64,000 bases of DNA from a virus. The notes beneath the pieces were generated by a model. That model was not told the DNA's origin and did no database searches. It was given only the letters and a program-made list of their open reading frames with translations. Positions 18,375 through 26,153 of the stretch are shown here, one piece after another. The position numbers were made by a program, and so were the translations under genes. The stretch lies in the IMG/VR virus record IMGVR_UViG_3300008265_000001. One strand, 5' to 3'. Position 1 is the stretch's first letter. Each line of letters begins with the position of its first letter.

Positions 18375-21049
18375 TCTCAAATCTCTCCAGTAGCGCCGAA
18401 AATCCTCTTAGAGCCGTTGTAGGTACTTACACGCTAAATCAGGAGCTTGACCAGCCTCCATCTCTTTCTGCCGTCATTTACGTGGTGACTCTAGATGAAG
18501 TGCCAACATTAGGAAGTGATTTGACATTTGGCAACTACAATTTCTATCTGACCAACTACAGCTACAAAGAATCACCTCAAGTACAAAAAGTCGGTAATGT
18601 GTCGGTTCGGTACGAAGTTTCGCTCAGCTACTCTCATGTCAGCAAGCTTTTTACTGAAAAAGGAATTAATACTGCTAAGTTTGTTTTGGCTTATGGGCGT
18701 TCGGCTCAAATTATCGGTGAGCAGTTCTACCGCTTCCCTTTGATTTCGCTTCTGTCTCAGGTAGCGGCTTTCACTGGTATCAGATGTCCAATTTCAGGGC
18801 TAAGTGGTTTTGTTAATCTTCCATACCGACCAGCTAACACAGATTTTTTCACACTCAGTTCTTTTCTGGCTGAGCGAAGCGTCCTTGATGCCAAAGTAGC
18901 TGTTTACTCACAGTCTGGTATCGATTACGTTGCACTTGGTTCTGGGCGGTCAATCACGGCTGCGCCTCTTACTGAAATTACTCTGACAGATAACGAGACA
19001 CCTTGTTACAAAAATACGCTGCTCAATTGGAATGGCGGCACTAACTATGGACTGCAAAATACTTACGTCCAAGTTACCGATGATGAGTACGTGCTTTACG
19101 AAGGCGACCCCAATCCTCACTTACCTCCAATAGAAGTTGGTGATGGCAGCTTAGTTCCTCGCGACCTCAGTATATTTGTTGACAATGGTGGTTTGAGTAA
19201 GCAATTCAAGATTACTTTGTACAAATATGGACAACCTAACTCGGAAATATCTGGCACTTATGGTTTTAGTCATTCGGCTCTCGAATTGGTTAGCAACCCA
19301 CTAGCACCAGTCAATCTAGACTATTCAATTCTTGATAGGATGCAAAGTAATCCTTCCCAACAAGCTAATGCACTTAAAGGGCTGCTGGGAAACCTTGTCA
19401 ATCAAGCTATGGGGATGGTGGGTACTAATATTTTTGCGCGTCCTATTGTGTGGCGAGTCACTAGCATCAAGCAAACTAATTTTATTTATCAGCCTCTCGA
19501 ACTCGATATCAAGCCACAGGTTCTTGATGCTTTTGGCAATTATGTAAAAATTGAAGTTCCTGCACAATTTGACTACCTCCTTAACTGTAATTCACAAGTA
19601 TTGATAGCTGAGCAGACTGAAGGATGGACTATTAAGCGTTTTGCTAATGAAGATGCAGCTAACTGGACTCAAGGCAGTATTCAGGCATATATCAATCTTG
19701 TTTATCTTTTGCAAATTGGTAATCAGATTGCAAATGATATTGTAAGCCTTCAATATTACTATCTTGAGGTATACAAAGCCAAATGCAAACTTGAGAGCTT
19801 CTTGTATCGCAAAATTCCTATCACTGAGCGCGTAGATTATTTCATAGAGCCATTCAGTAAATACTACAAAGATGGCGACAAAGTTGATTGGAACGTCGAG
19901 TATATCCCTAAAGCTCAATTGCCTAACTCACCTAGCACTCAAGACCCTGTAGCCGTACTTTTCCCTAGTCCTGACTGGGTTCCTAATTTGATGATAGTCA
20001 GTAAGTCGAGATATTCAATTTCTGCTGGTGTCAGTGGGAATCCTGAGTATAATGACCAAGCTGCTTCGCTTTGGGGCAAGAATCCTATTTACTTGACCAC
20101 TGGTGAGGAAGTTTACGAACATACTCGCTACATGATTCGACCAAGCAAGACAACTAAGCAGAATATTGACAAGATTTACGAAACTTTCAATGACCTCAAT
20201 GGTTTGTTAGGCTCGATTAATCAGAACGAGTTGTATAGTGGAACTTACTACCGTCCTTTCAGTTACATGAATGTACCTGATGATGCAGTAATTGGTCAGG
20301 GTGTACCGCCGAGTATTGATATCAACAAAGTCATTCCGACACAACAGAAAAAAGACCCTTCGGCTGTTCCAGCGTATTCGACTGCAAGTAATGATGCCAG
20401 CTTCAAAGACGACTCCTACTCAATCTACGGAACAATCCGCACAGTTGCCGATGCCAGCTTCAAAAGCAACATACAAAGTTCAAGCTTTAGTACAGCTTTG
20501 GGGCGACCTCCTAGCGCTACAGTACGCAAACCAGTTAATCAACTCAACCCTGTTCAAGACAAAAATGGACTTAAAGATTCGCTGACCTATCTAACCTCTA
20601 ATGTGCGTGACCGCAACATATTGAGCGATGTGACAATTACTGGGGCGCAGAATATACAGGAGGCAATTAAAGGCGCTACATTCAAGCTGCACAAAGATGT
20701 GTTTGATGGAGCAAGTCTAAGTACGTCATTTACATGGACACAAAACGCAATCAAGCCAAATAGTGTGTTTCAGTACTTTGGTCAAAAATGGGCAGCTAAG
20801 TCAAGTACGTTCACTACGCAGATTATCAACGGAGGTGCGCTTAATCAGCCCGTCAGCGTCACGTTCGGTGAAGTAGTGCCAGTCACACTCACATCAGTTA
20901 GCACGACCGCTACAGCGCTAAATAGCATCAAGGGTGGGTTGGTGACGACTGTTAACGTGAGTGGGCTTCCTAACCACATCGGAAATAATTTAGATAATGT
21001 TCCCCTAAACTTCGGAAGATGGGTTAGTAGCGGTGGGTCTGGACTTTAG
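18365..21049 (+). CDS. large tail tip / central fibre protein candidate (by position)
   Basis: 894-aa ORF overlapping the upstream gene by 10 nt. Confidence 0.5.
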   Translation: MSLVSNLSSSAENPLRAVVGTYTLNQELDQPPSLSAVIYVVTLDEVPTLGSDLTFGNYNFYLTNYSYKESPQVQKVGNVSVRYEVSLSYSHVSKLFTEKGINTAKFVLAYGRSAQIIGEQFYRFPLISLLSQVAAFTGIRCPISGLSGFVNLPYRPANTDFFTLSSFLAERSVLDAKVAVYSQSGIDYVALGSGRSITAAPLTEITLTDNETPCYKNTLLNWNGGTNYGLQNTYVQVTDDEYVLYEGDPNPHLPPIEVGDGSLVPRDLSIFVDNGGLSKQFKITLYKYGQPNSEISGTYGFSHSALELVSNPLAPVNLDYSILDRMQSNPSQQANALKGLLGNLVNQAMGMVGTNIFARPIVWRVTSIKQTNFIYQPLELDIKPQVLDAFGNYVKIEVPAQFDYLLNCNSQVLIAEQTEGWTIKRFANEDAANWTQGSIQAYINLVYLLQIGNQIANDIVSLQYYYLEVYKAKCKLESFLYRKIPITERVDYFIEPFSKYYKDGDKVDWNVEYIPKAQLPNSPSTQDPVAVLFPSPDWVPNLMIVSKSRYSISAGVSGNPEYNDQAASLWGKNPIYLTTGEEVYEHTRYMIRPSKTTKQNIDKIYETFNDLNGLLGSINQNELYSGTYYRPFSYMNVPDDAVIGQGVPPSIDINKVIPTQQKKDPSAVPAYSTASNDASFKDDSYSIYGTIRTVADASFKSNIQSSSFSTALGRPPSATVRKPVNQLNPVQDKNGLKDSLTYLTSNVRDRNILSDVTITGAQNIQEAIKGATFKLHKDVFDGASLSTSFTWTQNAIKPNSVFQYFGQKWAAKSSTFTTQIINGGALNQPVSVTFGEVVPVTLTSVSTTATALNSIKGGLVTTVNVSGLPNHIGNNLDNVPLNFGRWVSSGGSGL

Positions 21050-21322
21050 ATAGTCTTGATACCATCGTTCTACGCTTGGAGGAAGTTCTCCAATAGAACG
21101 TTGATTTAGATACCAAGATTTTAGGCATTTACTATACCAGTAGTGAATTTCATTAGAGGATTCCATATCTACACCATCCAACTCTTTAAATACTGCAATC
21201 CAGATGATGTTCCCACTGTGCAGGTAGCGATGCCAAATTGCAATTTTGTTTACTTGAAAGCGCTCGTAAGCTCCGCAGTTTTCGAGAGTGCATTCTGATA
21301 GTACGGGATAGTATCTAGTCAT
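21005..21322 (-). CDS. hypothetical protein with a C-terminal RWYQDYLKSR motif
   Basis: 105-aa ORF, last gene of a minus-strand operon. Its 3' end overlaps the convergent 894-aa gene by 45 nt. Confidence 0.4.
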   Translation of the reverse strand: MTRYYPVLSECTLENCGAYERFQVNKIAIWHRYLHSGNIIWIAVFKELDGVDMESSNEIHYWYSKCLKSWYLNQRSIGELPPSVERWYQDYLKSRPTATNPSSEV

Positions 21323-21331
21323 GTTAGTTTC

Positions 21332-21688
21332 TTACACGGCTTTGTTTTGATAATTGGTAAGTTCAGCCTCATTGAAAAGCACCGAACCTCTTATAGAGCC
21401 TTTTACAGCACTTTCAGGGATACGGAAAGCATTCAAGATTCTGCTGTCCAAGTGGTCTTGATACCATCTGAGCATAGTTGCTTTTTGCTCTGGTGTTGGG
21501 GGTGGGGTAATCACATCATCGATGATAATCATGTCGCAGGAGTAGCCTGACTGCGTTTGTCTTTTCTTCAGTTCGGTTAGTACTTTGGACTTGGTGGTTG
21601 TCCAGTCCATCACTTGAGGATTAGCTCGTTTAGTGATGTCACCTGATGCCAAGATGGTGTCGAATAGTGGGTTGTCAGTTTGTGTCAT
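21332..21688 (-). CDS. hypothetical protein with a Walker-B-like MIIIDDV and an RWYQDHLDSR motif
   Basis: 118-aa ORF overlapping the upstream gene by 14 nt. Confidence 0.45.
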   Translation of the reverse strand: MTQTDNPLFDTILASGDITKRANPQVMDWTTTKSKVLTELKKRQTQSGYSCDMIIIDDVITPPPTPEQKATMLRWYQDHLDSRILNAFRIPESAVKGSIRGSVLFNEAELTNYQNKAV

Positions 21689-22388
21689 AGTTTTCTTCTA
21701 GTAAATATACTTTCTTAGGCTCAATCTCTAACGGCAAATCTTTAAAGAAATACTTTACCCTAGAATTTTTGTATTGTACATACTCCCAACCATTAGTTAT
21801 AAGTAAATCTTCAATATCTTTTGTTTTCTTGTTGATATTAGGTAGTTTTTGTTTTAGTTGGGGTATAGTAAATTTTTTGTTTATATTGTAGGCAGTTTCA
21901 ATAATAGCTGTGTCTAATAAAACATTGTCTACATCTTCGACCTCATCTTCGTTCCAGTGGTATGCCTGAATAATAGATTCCGAAAGCATTTTAAAATCTA
22001 TTTCAGCCAACCCAAAACGTTTAAGCAGCTTTCGTCTTAATGAGTTGTAAGCTTTTGTAATTTCGGAAGAACTACTAGAGCCATTATGAAAAATTCTCCA
22101 CACCTTATCTTTCTTCTTTTCATCCACTACTTCTTCAACTGTAAAACCCTCTAAAATTTCAGGGTCTAAGTTGAAACACATGGAAAGGGCTGCGGTTGTG
22201 ACTCTTGGGGTATTTAGTAAAGTGTCTAGTTTTTTATTTATCTGCTGTTGCATACTATATGAATATGCAAATAATTCATTAGCCGCTTGTCTTGTAGCTT
22301 CTGAAGTTTGTGTTGACTCCTGAAGTATTGTGACCAACATATCTACGTCTGGCGGTCTTCTGGTTAATGTGGTTGCTATTCTAGACAT
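21675..22388 (-). CDS. hypothetical protein, putative DNA-binding (C-terminal LLxxGW..Q.YKN..V.Y motif); paralog of 59872..60516
   Basis: 237-aa ORF, first gene downstream of the WGTACW array. N-terminal PPxxxM....E(S/N)....S(E/Q) and C-terminal motifs are shared with the 214-aa protein. Confidence 0.5.
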   Translation of the reverse strand: MSRIATTLTRRPPDVDMLVTILQESTQTSEATRQAANELFAYSYSMQQQINKKLDTLLNTPRVTTAALSMCFNLDPEILEGFTVEEVVDEKKKDKVWRIFHNGSSSSSEITKAYNSLRRKLLKRFGLAEIDFKMLSESIIQAYHWNEDEVEDVDNVLLDTAIIETAYNINKKFTIPQLKQKLPNINKKTKDIEDLLITNGWEYVQYKNSRVKYFFKDLPLEIEPKKVYLLEENYDTN

Positions 22389-22401
22389 GAGCTTTTTTAA
22401 T

Positions 22402-22583
22402 GTACTAAAGTACTATAGCACATCTTTACATTAGTACTTTTACACAGTTTTTAAAAATGTACTGATTCTTTGAACGATATTCAAGGTTTGTAAGCATATA
22501 ACGTTAGTACACAATTAGTACATATAAAACTGTACTAGAGTTGAAAATGTTTGTAGACATCGGTTTGGGAGATTACCTAGTAC
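22402..22583. repeat. array of eight WGTACW palindromic hexamers in a 314-nt intergenic leader
   Basis: GTAC at 22402, 22410, 22434, 22459, 22507, 22518, 22532 and 22580, each in an (A/T)GTAC(A/T) context. About 0.7 occurrences would be expected by chance. Confidence 0.8.
22412..22420 (-). promoter_or_regulatory. extended -10 (TGCTATAGT on the minus strand) for the 237-aa gene
   Basis: 23 nt upstream of the ATG at 22388. Flanked and overlapped by two WGTACW sites. Same 9-mer as upstream of 26154..27002. Confidence 0.45.
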
Positions 22584-22624
22584 ATCCCTATACATTATTA
22601 TTTTTATTGAACATCCCCTCTTCT

Positions 22625-22642
22625 AGCCCTACGGCGACTGAG
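22625..22642. repeat. 18-nt motif AGCCCTACGGCGACTGAG (copy 1 of 2)
   Basis: 17/18 identical to 60808..60825. Both copies lie just downstream of a minus-strand stop codon and upstream of a repeat-rich leader. Confidence 0.8.
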
Positions 22643-22646
22643 TAAC

Positions 22647-22675
22647 AAAAAACCCCCAGTCATTACAACCAGAGG
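22647..22675 (-). terminator. rho-independent terminator after the acidic-protein gene
   Basis: Minus strand reads CCUCUGGU-UGUAAUG-ACUGGGGG (8-bp stem including G.U pairs) followed by UUUUUU. Confidence 0.5.
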
Positions 22676-22702
22676 TCAAGCATCGAGCATACAAACTAGC
22701 GA

Positions 22703-23008
22703 CTAGGCTATAACATAACCGTTTTCATCATATTCAGTGTCATCGCTTTCCTCGTCGTCGTCTTCATAGTCCTCATCTTCGCCATAAAGCGACTCAAACA
22801 AGTCCTCAACATACAATTCGACAAGCTCTTCATCATATTCAGTATCAGGAGGCGTAAGCTCGATACCGTAAGTATAGGTAGCACCTTCTTCAGAGACAAT
22901 AGTACGTGTAACTGTAATTGACGTATCGGACGATGTAACTTCAGCATTTTCGTATTCTTCACGTAATGCTTCGGCTACTTCGACAAATTTCGAGATTGGG
23001 TAGGTCAT
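22703..23008 (-). CDS. very acidic 101-aa protein (34 D/E, 3 K/R); DNA-mimic / anti-restriction candidate
   Basis: Composition counted directly. C-terminus GEDEDYEDDDEESDDTEYDENGY. Monocistronic unit between a promoter and a terminator. Start moved to the ATG at 23008 (MTYPISK). Confidence 0.55.
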   Translation of the reverse strand: MTYPISKFVEVAEALREEYENAEVTSSDTSITVTRTIVSEEGATYTYGIELTPPDTEYDEELVELYVEDLFESLYGEDEDYEDDDEESDDTEYDENGYVIA

Positions 23009-23029
23009 ATTGTTTGGTATATGTTTACT

Positions 23030-23042
23030 TGCTATAATAACA
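23030..23042. promoter_or_regulatory. overlapping divergent extended -10 elements (TGCTATAAT on +, TGTTATTAT on -)
   Basis: Both 9-mers were read in the 59-nt divergent gap between 23008 and 23068. Confidence 0.4.
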
Positions 23043-23067
23043 CATACCACCACTCGCTGTCGCTCGT

Positions 23068-23559
23068 ATGCAGAAAAGAAGGTATACTAGAAACATACTT
23101 AAAATTTCCACTATGCAACACTTCGCTAACTTTGGCACTATTCGTAAAGCCAACAAACTAAAAAAGAAAACTTGGGAAAAAGACACTACTGGTGATGCTA
23201 ATGCTACTAGATGGGATGTCAATGAAGCCCGAAGTATGAGAAATGAAGAAAATCCAGACCCATTGGCTAGCTGGCAACGACCTTACAATAACGGGTTAAC
23301 TGCAAGAAATAAAATAGCTGAACGCAAATTAAACCCTAGAAAAATAAGTGCTAGTGACGACCTTTCCAGACCAAATTTTGACCAATTTACAGATGTTAGA
23401 CCTAATGAAGACTATGCAATTAATGCAGAGTATTTAGGTTTTCGCAAAGACCCCTTTAAGGGATATGGAGGGATGATGGAGGAGCCTGTGGATTATAAGA
23501 AGAAGATTATGGGTCGTGGAATTAACCGATTTGATATGCGTGGAGGAGTAGAGCCATAA
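23068..23559 (+). CDS. basic hypothetical protein, N-terminus MQKRR...MQHFANF (ANF family)
   Basis: 163-aa ORF. Its 5' end carries the 25-nt element GCTGTCGCTCGTATGCAGAAAAGAAG. Confidence 0.55.
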   Translation: MQKRRYTRNILKISTMQHFANFGTIRKANKLKKKTWEKDTTGDANATRWDVNEARSMRNEENPDPLASWQRPYNNGLTARNKIAERKLNPRKISASDDLSRPNFDQFTDVRPNEDYAINAEYLGFRKDPFKGYGGMMEEPVDYKKKIMGRGINRFDMRGGVEP

Positions 23560-23723
23560 TGACTCAAGACTACACACAAGCACTAGCCGACATCAAGCAA
23601 GGATTTCAAAATGCAATTCCGCGAGTGCAAGCTTTGGGTGATAAAGTTGTCATAACCCAAGGAAATGAGAGCATCACGCTACCAATCTCTCCAGTAGTTA
23701 CAACCACCACGATTATGAAATAA
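23559..23723 (+). CDS. small 54-aa ORF not in the supplied track
   Basis: ATG overlaps the upstream stop (TAATG). The ORF exactly fills the gap and ends 2 nt before the ATG at 23726. Confidence 0.45.
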   Translation: MTQDYTQALADIKQGFQNAIPRVQALGDKVVITQGNESITLPISPVVTTTTIMK

Positions 23724-23725
23724 AT

Positions 23726-25336
23726 ATGAAGACAACCTACGCTGCCAGCCGTACACTTTCCGTACCAACCATCACAACTACATCTGGCGGAAGCATCTCC
23801 GCAGGTACATATTTTTTCTGGCTTTGGCGGAGGAATCGCGCTGGGTATACTTCCCCGTCACCCGTAAAATCTCTTGTCGTAGGTGCAAGTGGCACAATTA
23901 CAATAGCTGCCGCAAATTTCACAACTTTATCATACGAAGATATAAAAGAAACTTTAATCAGCGTAAGCACTACAAATGACTACACGACTAGCAGAATTAT
24001 TAGCAAACTCGACCATTTCGAGTCAGACTACATTACCCCAAGAACCTTGGGCGACTTGGTTATTACCTCAAATTCGACCATCAACGGAGCGACCAGCTAC
24101 TCTAACCCTTCGGACATTGCAACACTGGCAGGTGTTATAACTGGCTATCGCGTACAATTATCAGGAAACGGTTTTGTATACGAATTTGTTAGCAGTGCTT
24201 CAGACCCCGTAGATAACGTAACAGTTCTCAACCACAGTAGCGGCAGGTGGCTAAAAACCCGTGAAGCAAGCCTCTACGAAACGACCGCATTAGCCGAAAT
24301 CGACGTAATCAGTGCTGACCAAGAGACTTTACTCGTTGCTCCACTCGAAAATATCAACTCAATACCAGTTCCTGTCAAATACTGGATTATGAACGATACA
24401 GGCGGTACTTTGACGGGTTTGCGCCTCAATTTAAGTGAATACACCTCTGACCCAGCTATTAGGCTCGTATTTGGTGTCAAAATCATTGGCTACGTGAACC
24501 TCACTTCGTTTGTGCTGGATACGACTGGCATTGACAATCTCGGAGTCATTCAAGAGTACCCCACACTCGATATTGCGTTTAACAAGGGAATCCCCAACGG
24601 TTCAGCAGTAGTGATAGAAGTCACACCTTCCTCGCAGCTTCTAGATGGCGTATCCGCACAAAGTTTTATTAGCATCTACCCCAAACTGGTTAATTACTCT
24701 CTTTTACAAGACCTGCTTTTTTGGGACGCTCCAGTGGACAACATTGCGGCGCTCAAGTCACTCAACTCAGTGCAATACAAGTCTGGGCAGGTACGTTTGG
24801 TCGAATCGGTCAACAGACCTTACAAATACGATGCTGCTTCGGTGCTGGCTGATAACGGTGATACAGTTCTGATTCCTAATGCTAATCCGACAACTGGCAG
24901 ATGGGTGATTTTTGACCCTGCACTGCCTGATGGGAGCGTTGGACTGGCAAAGCTGTCTTCAGAGGTGATAACTGCCCTTGGCGACCAAATTAAGACCGAT
25001 ACACGAACCATTAACTCACCGACGAACTATACTTACAGTCTGGATGAAGATTATGACTATATTGTGTTAAATTGTCCTAACACAGACATCAGCAATACAG
25101 TGACTAACATCAACATTAGCGCCACGCTTGCAAATAACCAAACCAAAGCAGTGATTATTGAATTGGTGCAGAAAACAGGGGTAGTGGCTTTTGATAGCAG
25201 TATTCTGTTCCCAAGCGGTGCAACTCCAGTTCTGTCTGGTAACGGGAAGTCTGACATCATTCTTTTTTCTGCACGAAGAGATTCATTAGGGATAGTAAAA
25301 AAACGAGGCAAGATAGCCACAACAGATGCAGGGTAA
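23726..25336 (+). CDS. hypothetical virion protein (tail/fibre-like, T/S/N-rich)
   Basis: 536-aa ORF. Confidence 0.55.
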   Translation: MKTTYAASRTLSVPTITTTSGGSISAGTYFFWLWRRNRAGYTSPSPVKSLVVGASGTITIAAANFTTLSYEDIKETLISVSTTNDYTTSRIISKLDHFESDYITPRTLGDLVITSNSTINGATSYSNPSDIATLAGVITGYRVQLSGNGFVYEFVSSASDPVDNVTVLNHSSGRWLKTREASLYETTALAEIDVISADQETLLVAPLENINSIPVPVKYWIMNDTGGTLTGLRLNLSEYTSDPAIRLVFGVKIIGYVNLTSFVLDTTGIDNLGVIQEYPTLDIAFNKGIPNGSAVVIEVTPSSQLLDGVSAQSFISIYPKLVNYSLLQDLLFWDAPVDNIAALKSLNSVQYKSGQVRLVESVNRPYKYDAASVLADNGDTVLIPNANPTTGRWVIFDPALPDGSVGLAKLSSEVITALGDQIKTDTRTINSPTNYTYSLDEDYDYIVLNCPNTDISNTVTNINISATLANNQTKAVIIELVQKTGVVAFDSSILFPSGATPVLSGNGKSDIILFSARRDSLGIVKKRGKIATTDAG

Positions 25337-25341
25337 CTAAT

Positions 25342-26103
25342 ATGGCTGGATATAACGTTAAAATTGCCCCGAAGGGAGCTTATGGAACAAAACCAGACCC
25401 TAATAAATGGTCTGGAGGCATATACATCAATGATAAGTATAATGCTTTCCCTGAGTTGCCTAGAGAAGTAGGGCAATCAAGAAAGTCAGTGTTAAAAGGT
25501 AAGGGAGGCTCTGTTCATCTGCTTCCAGACTCTTCTAGTTTGACTTTACCTAGAGGTGGTATTCATATCCCAGAATTAGATGAGTTTGGCAATTTGCTCA
25601 CTTCTAATTTTCCTAGCTATGGCACTATGGCTCATGCTGCTAGAGGTTCAGCGCTTATAGGTGGAAAAACATCCAAACTAGACATCCCTGACGATATTCA
25701 AAAAAGTTTACTTCAATTACCAGTTGCAGGTAAAAAGATTGGCTCTACAAGAATGCCAGCAATGGTCGCTATGAAGACTAATAGTAAAATTGCAGATTCT
25801 TTAGGTTTCCCGACTGACCACGTTTATACAGGTCGTCTCAATGTATCTCCAGATGTCAATACAGCAATTATGCAAAGCGTTGCTACAAGACAAAATGCTA
25901 AGACTGGAAAAGTAAGTATTGAAGAACCTAGTATTTGGTATGCAATGCAGAATGCAGGACTAAGACCAGAAGATTTCAAAATTAAGGGTCGCTCTTTAGG
26001 TAGACTTAGAAATAATCGAGACGTAAGTATCCCAGAAGAAATCAACGTAGGATTTAAGCGTGAATTTACACACATGGCAAACTTCAGTAAGACTCGCAGC
26101 TAG
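25342..26103 (+). CDS. hypothetical protein, C-terminus ...THMANFSKTRS
   Basis: 253-aa ORF. Confidence 0.5.
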   Translation: MAGYNVKIAPKGAYGTKPDPNKWSGGIYINDKYNAFPELPREVGQSRKSVLKGKGGSVHLLPDSSSLTLPRGGIHIPELDEFGNLLTSNFPSYGTMAHAARGSALIGGKTSKLDIPDDIQKSLLQLPVAGKKIGSTRMPAMVAMKTNSKIADSLGFPTDHVYTGRLNVSPDVNTAIMQSVATRQNAKTGKVSIEEPSIWYAMQNAGLRPEDFKIKGRSLGRLRNNRDVSIPEEINVGFKREFTHMANFSKTRS

Positions 26104-26106
26104 CGC

Positions 26107-26146
26107 AAGCTGACGCTCGGTGCAGAAAAGAAGTGAGCGTCAGCTT
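26107..26146. repeat. 12-bp perfect inverted repeat (AAGCTGACGCTC / GAGCGTCAGCTT) whose loop carries TGCAGAAAAGAA
   Basis: Read directly between convergent genes. Carries copy 2 of the 25-nt element. No T-run follows. Confidence 0.75.
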
Positions 26147-26153
26147 AGTTGAG

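Noticed and set aside
22625-22642. Reading the 18-nt motif as a terminator hairpin
   Set aside because: Only a 4-5-bp stem (AGTC/GGCT with a G.U pair) can form, and it is not fully conserved between the two copies. At copy 1 a separate, better terminator lies next to it.
26120-26152. 10-codon mini-ORF (GTG-QKRSERQLS) inside the 26107..26146 palindrome, and the analogous LQKRTPVKLIY at 61886
   Set aside because: They are too short and lack start context. The QKR codons are most simply a consequence of the shared 25-nt DNA element.
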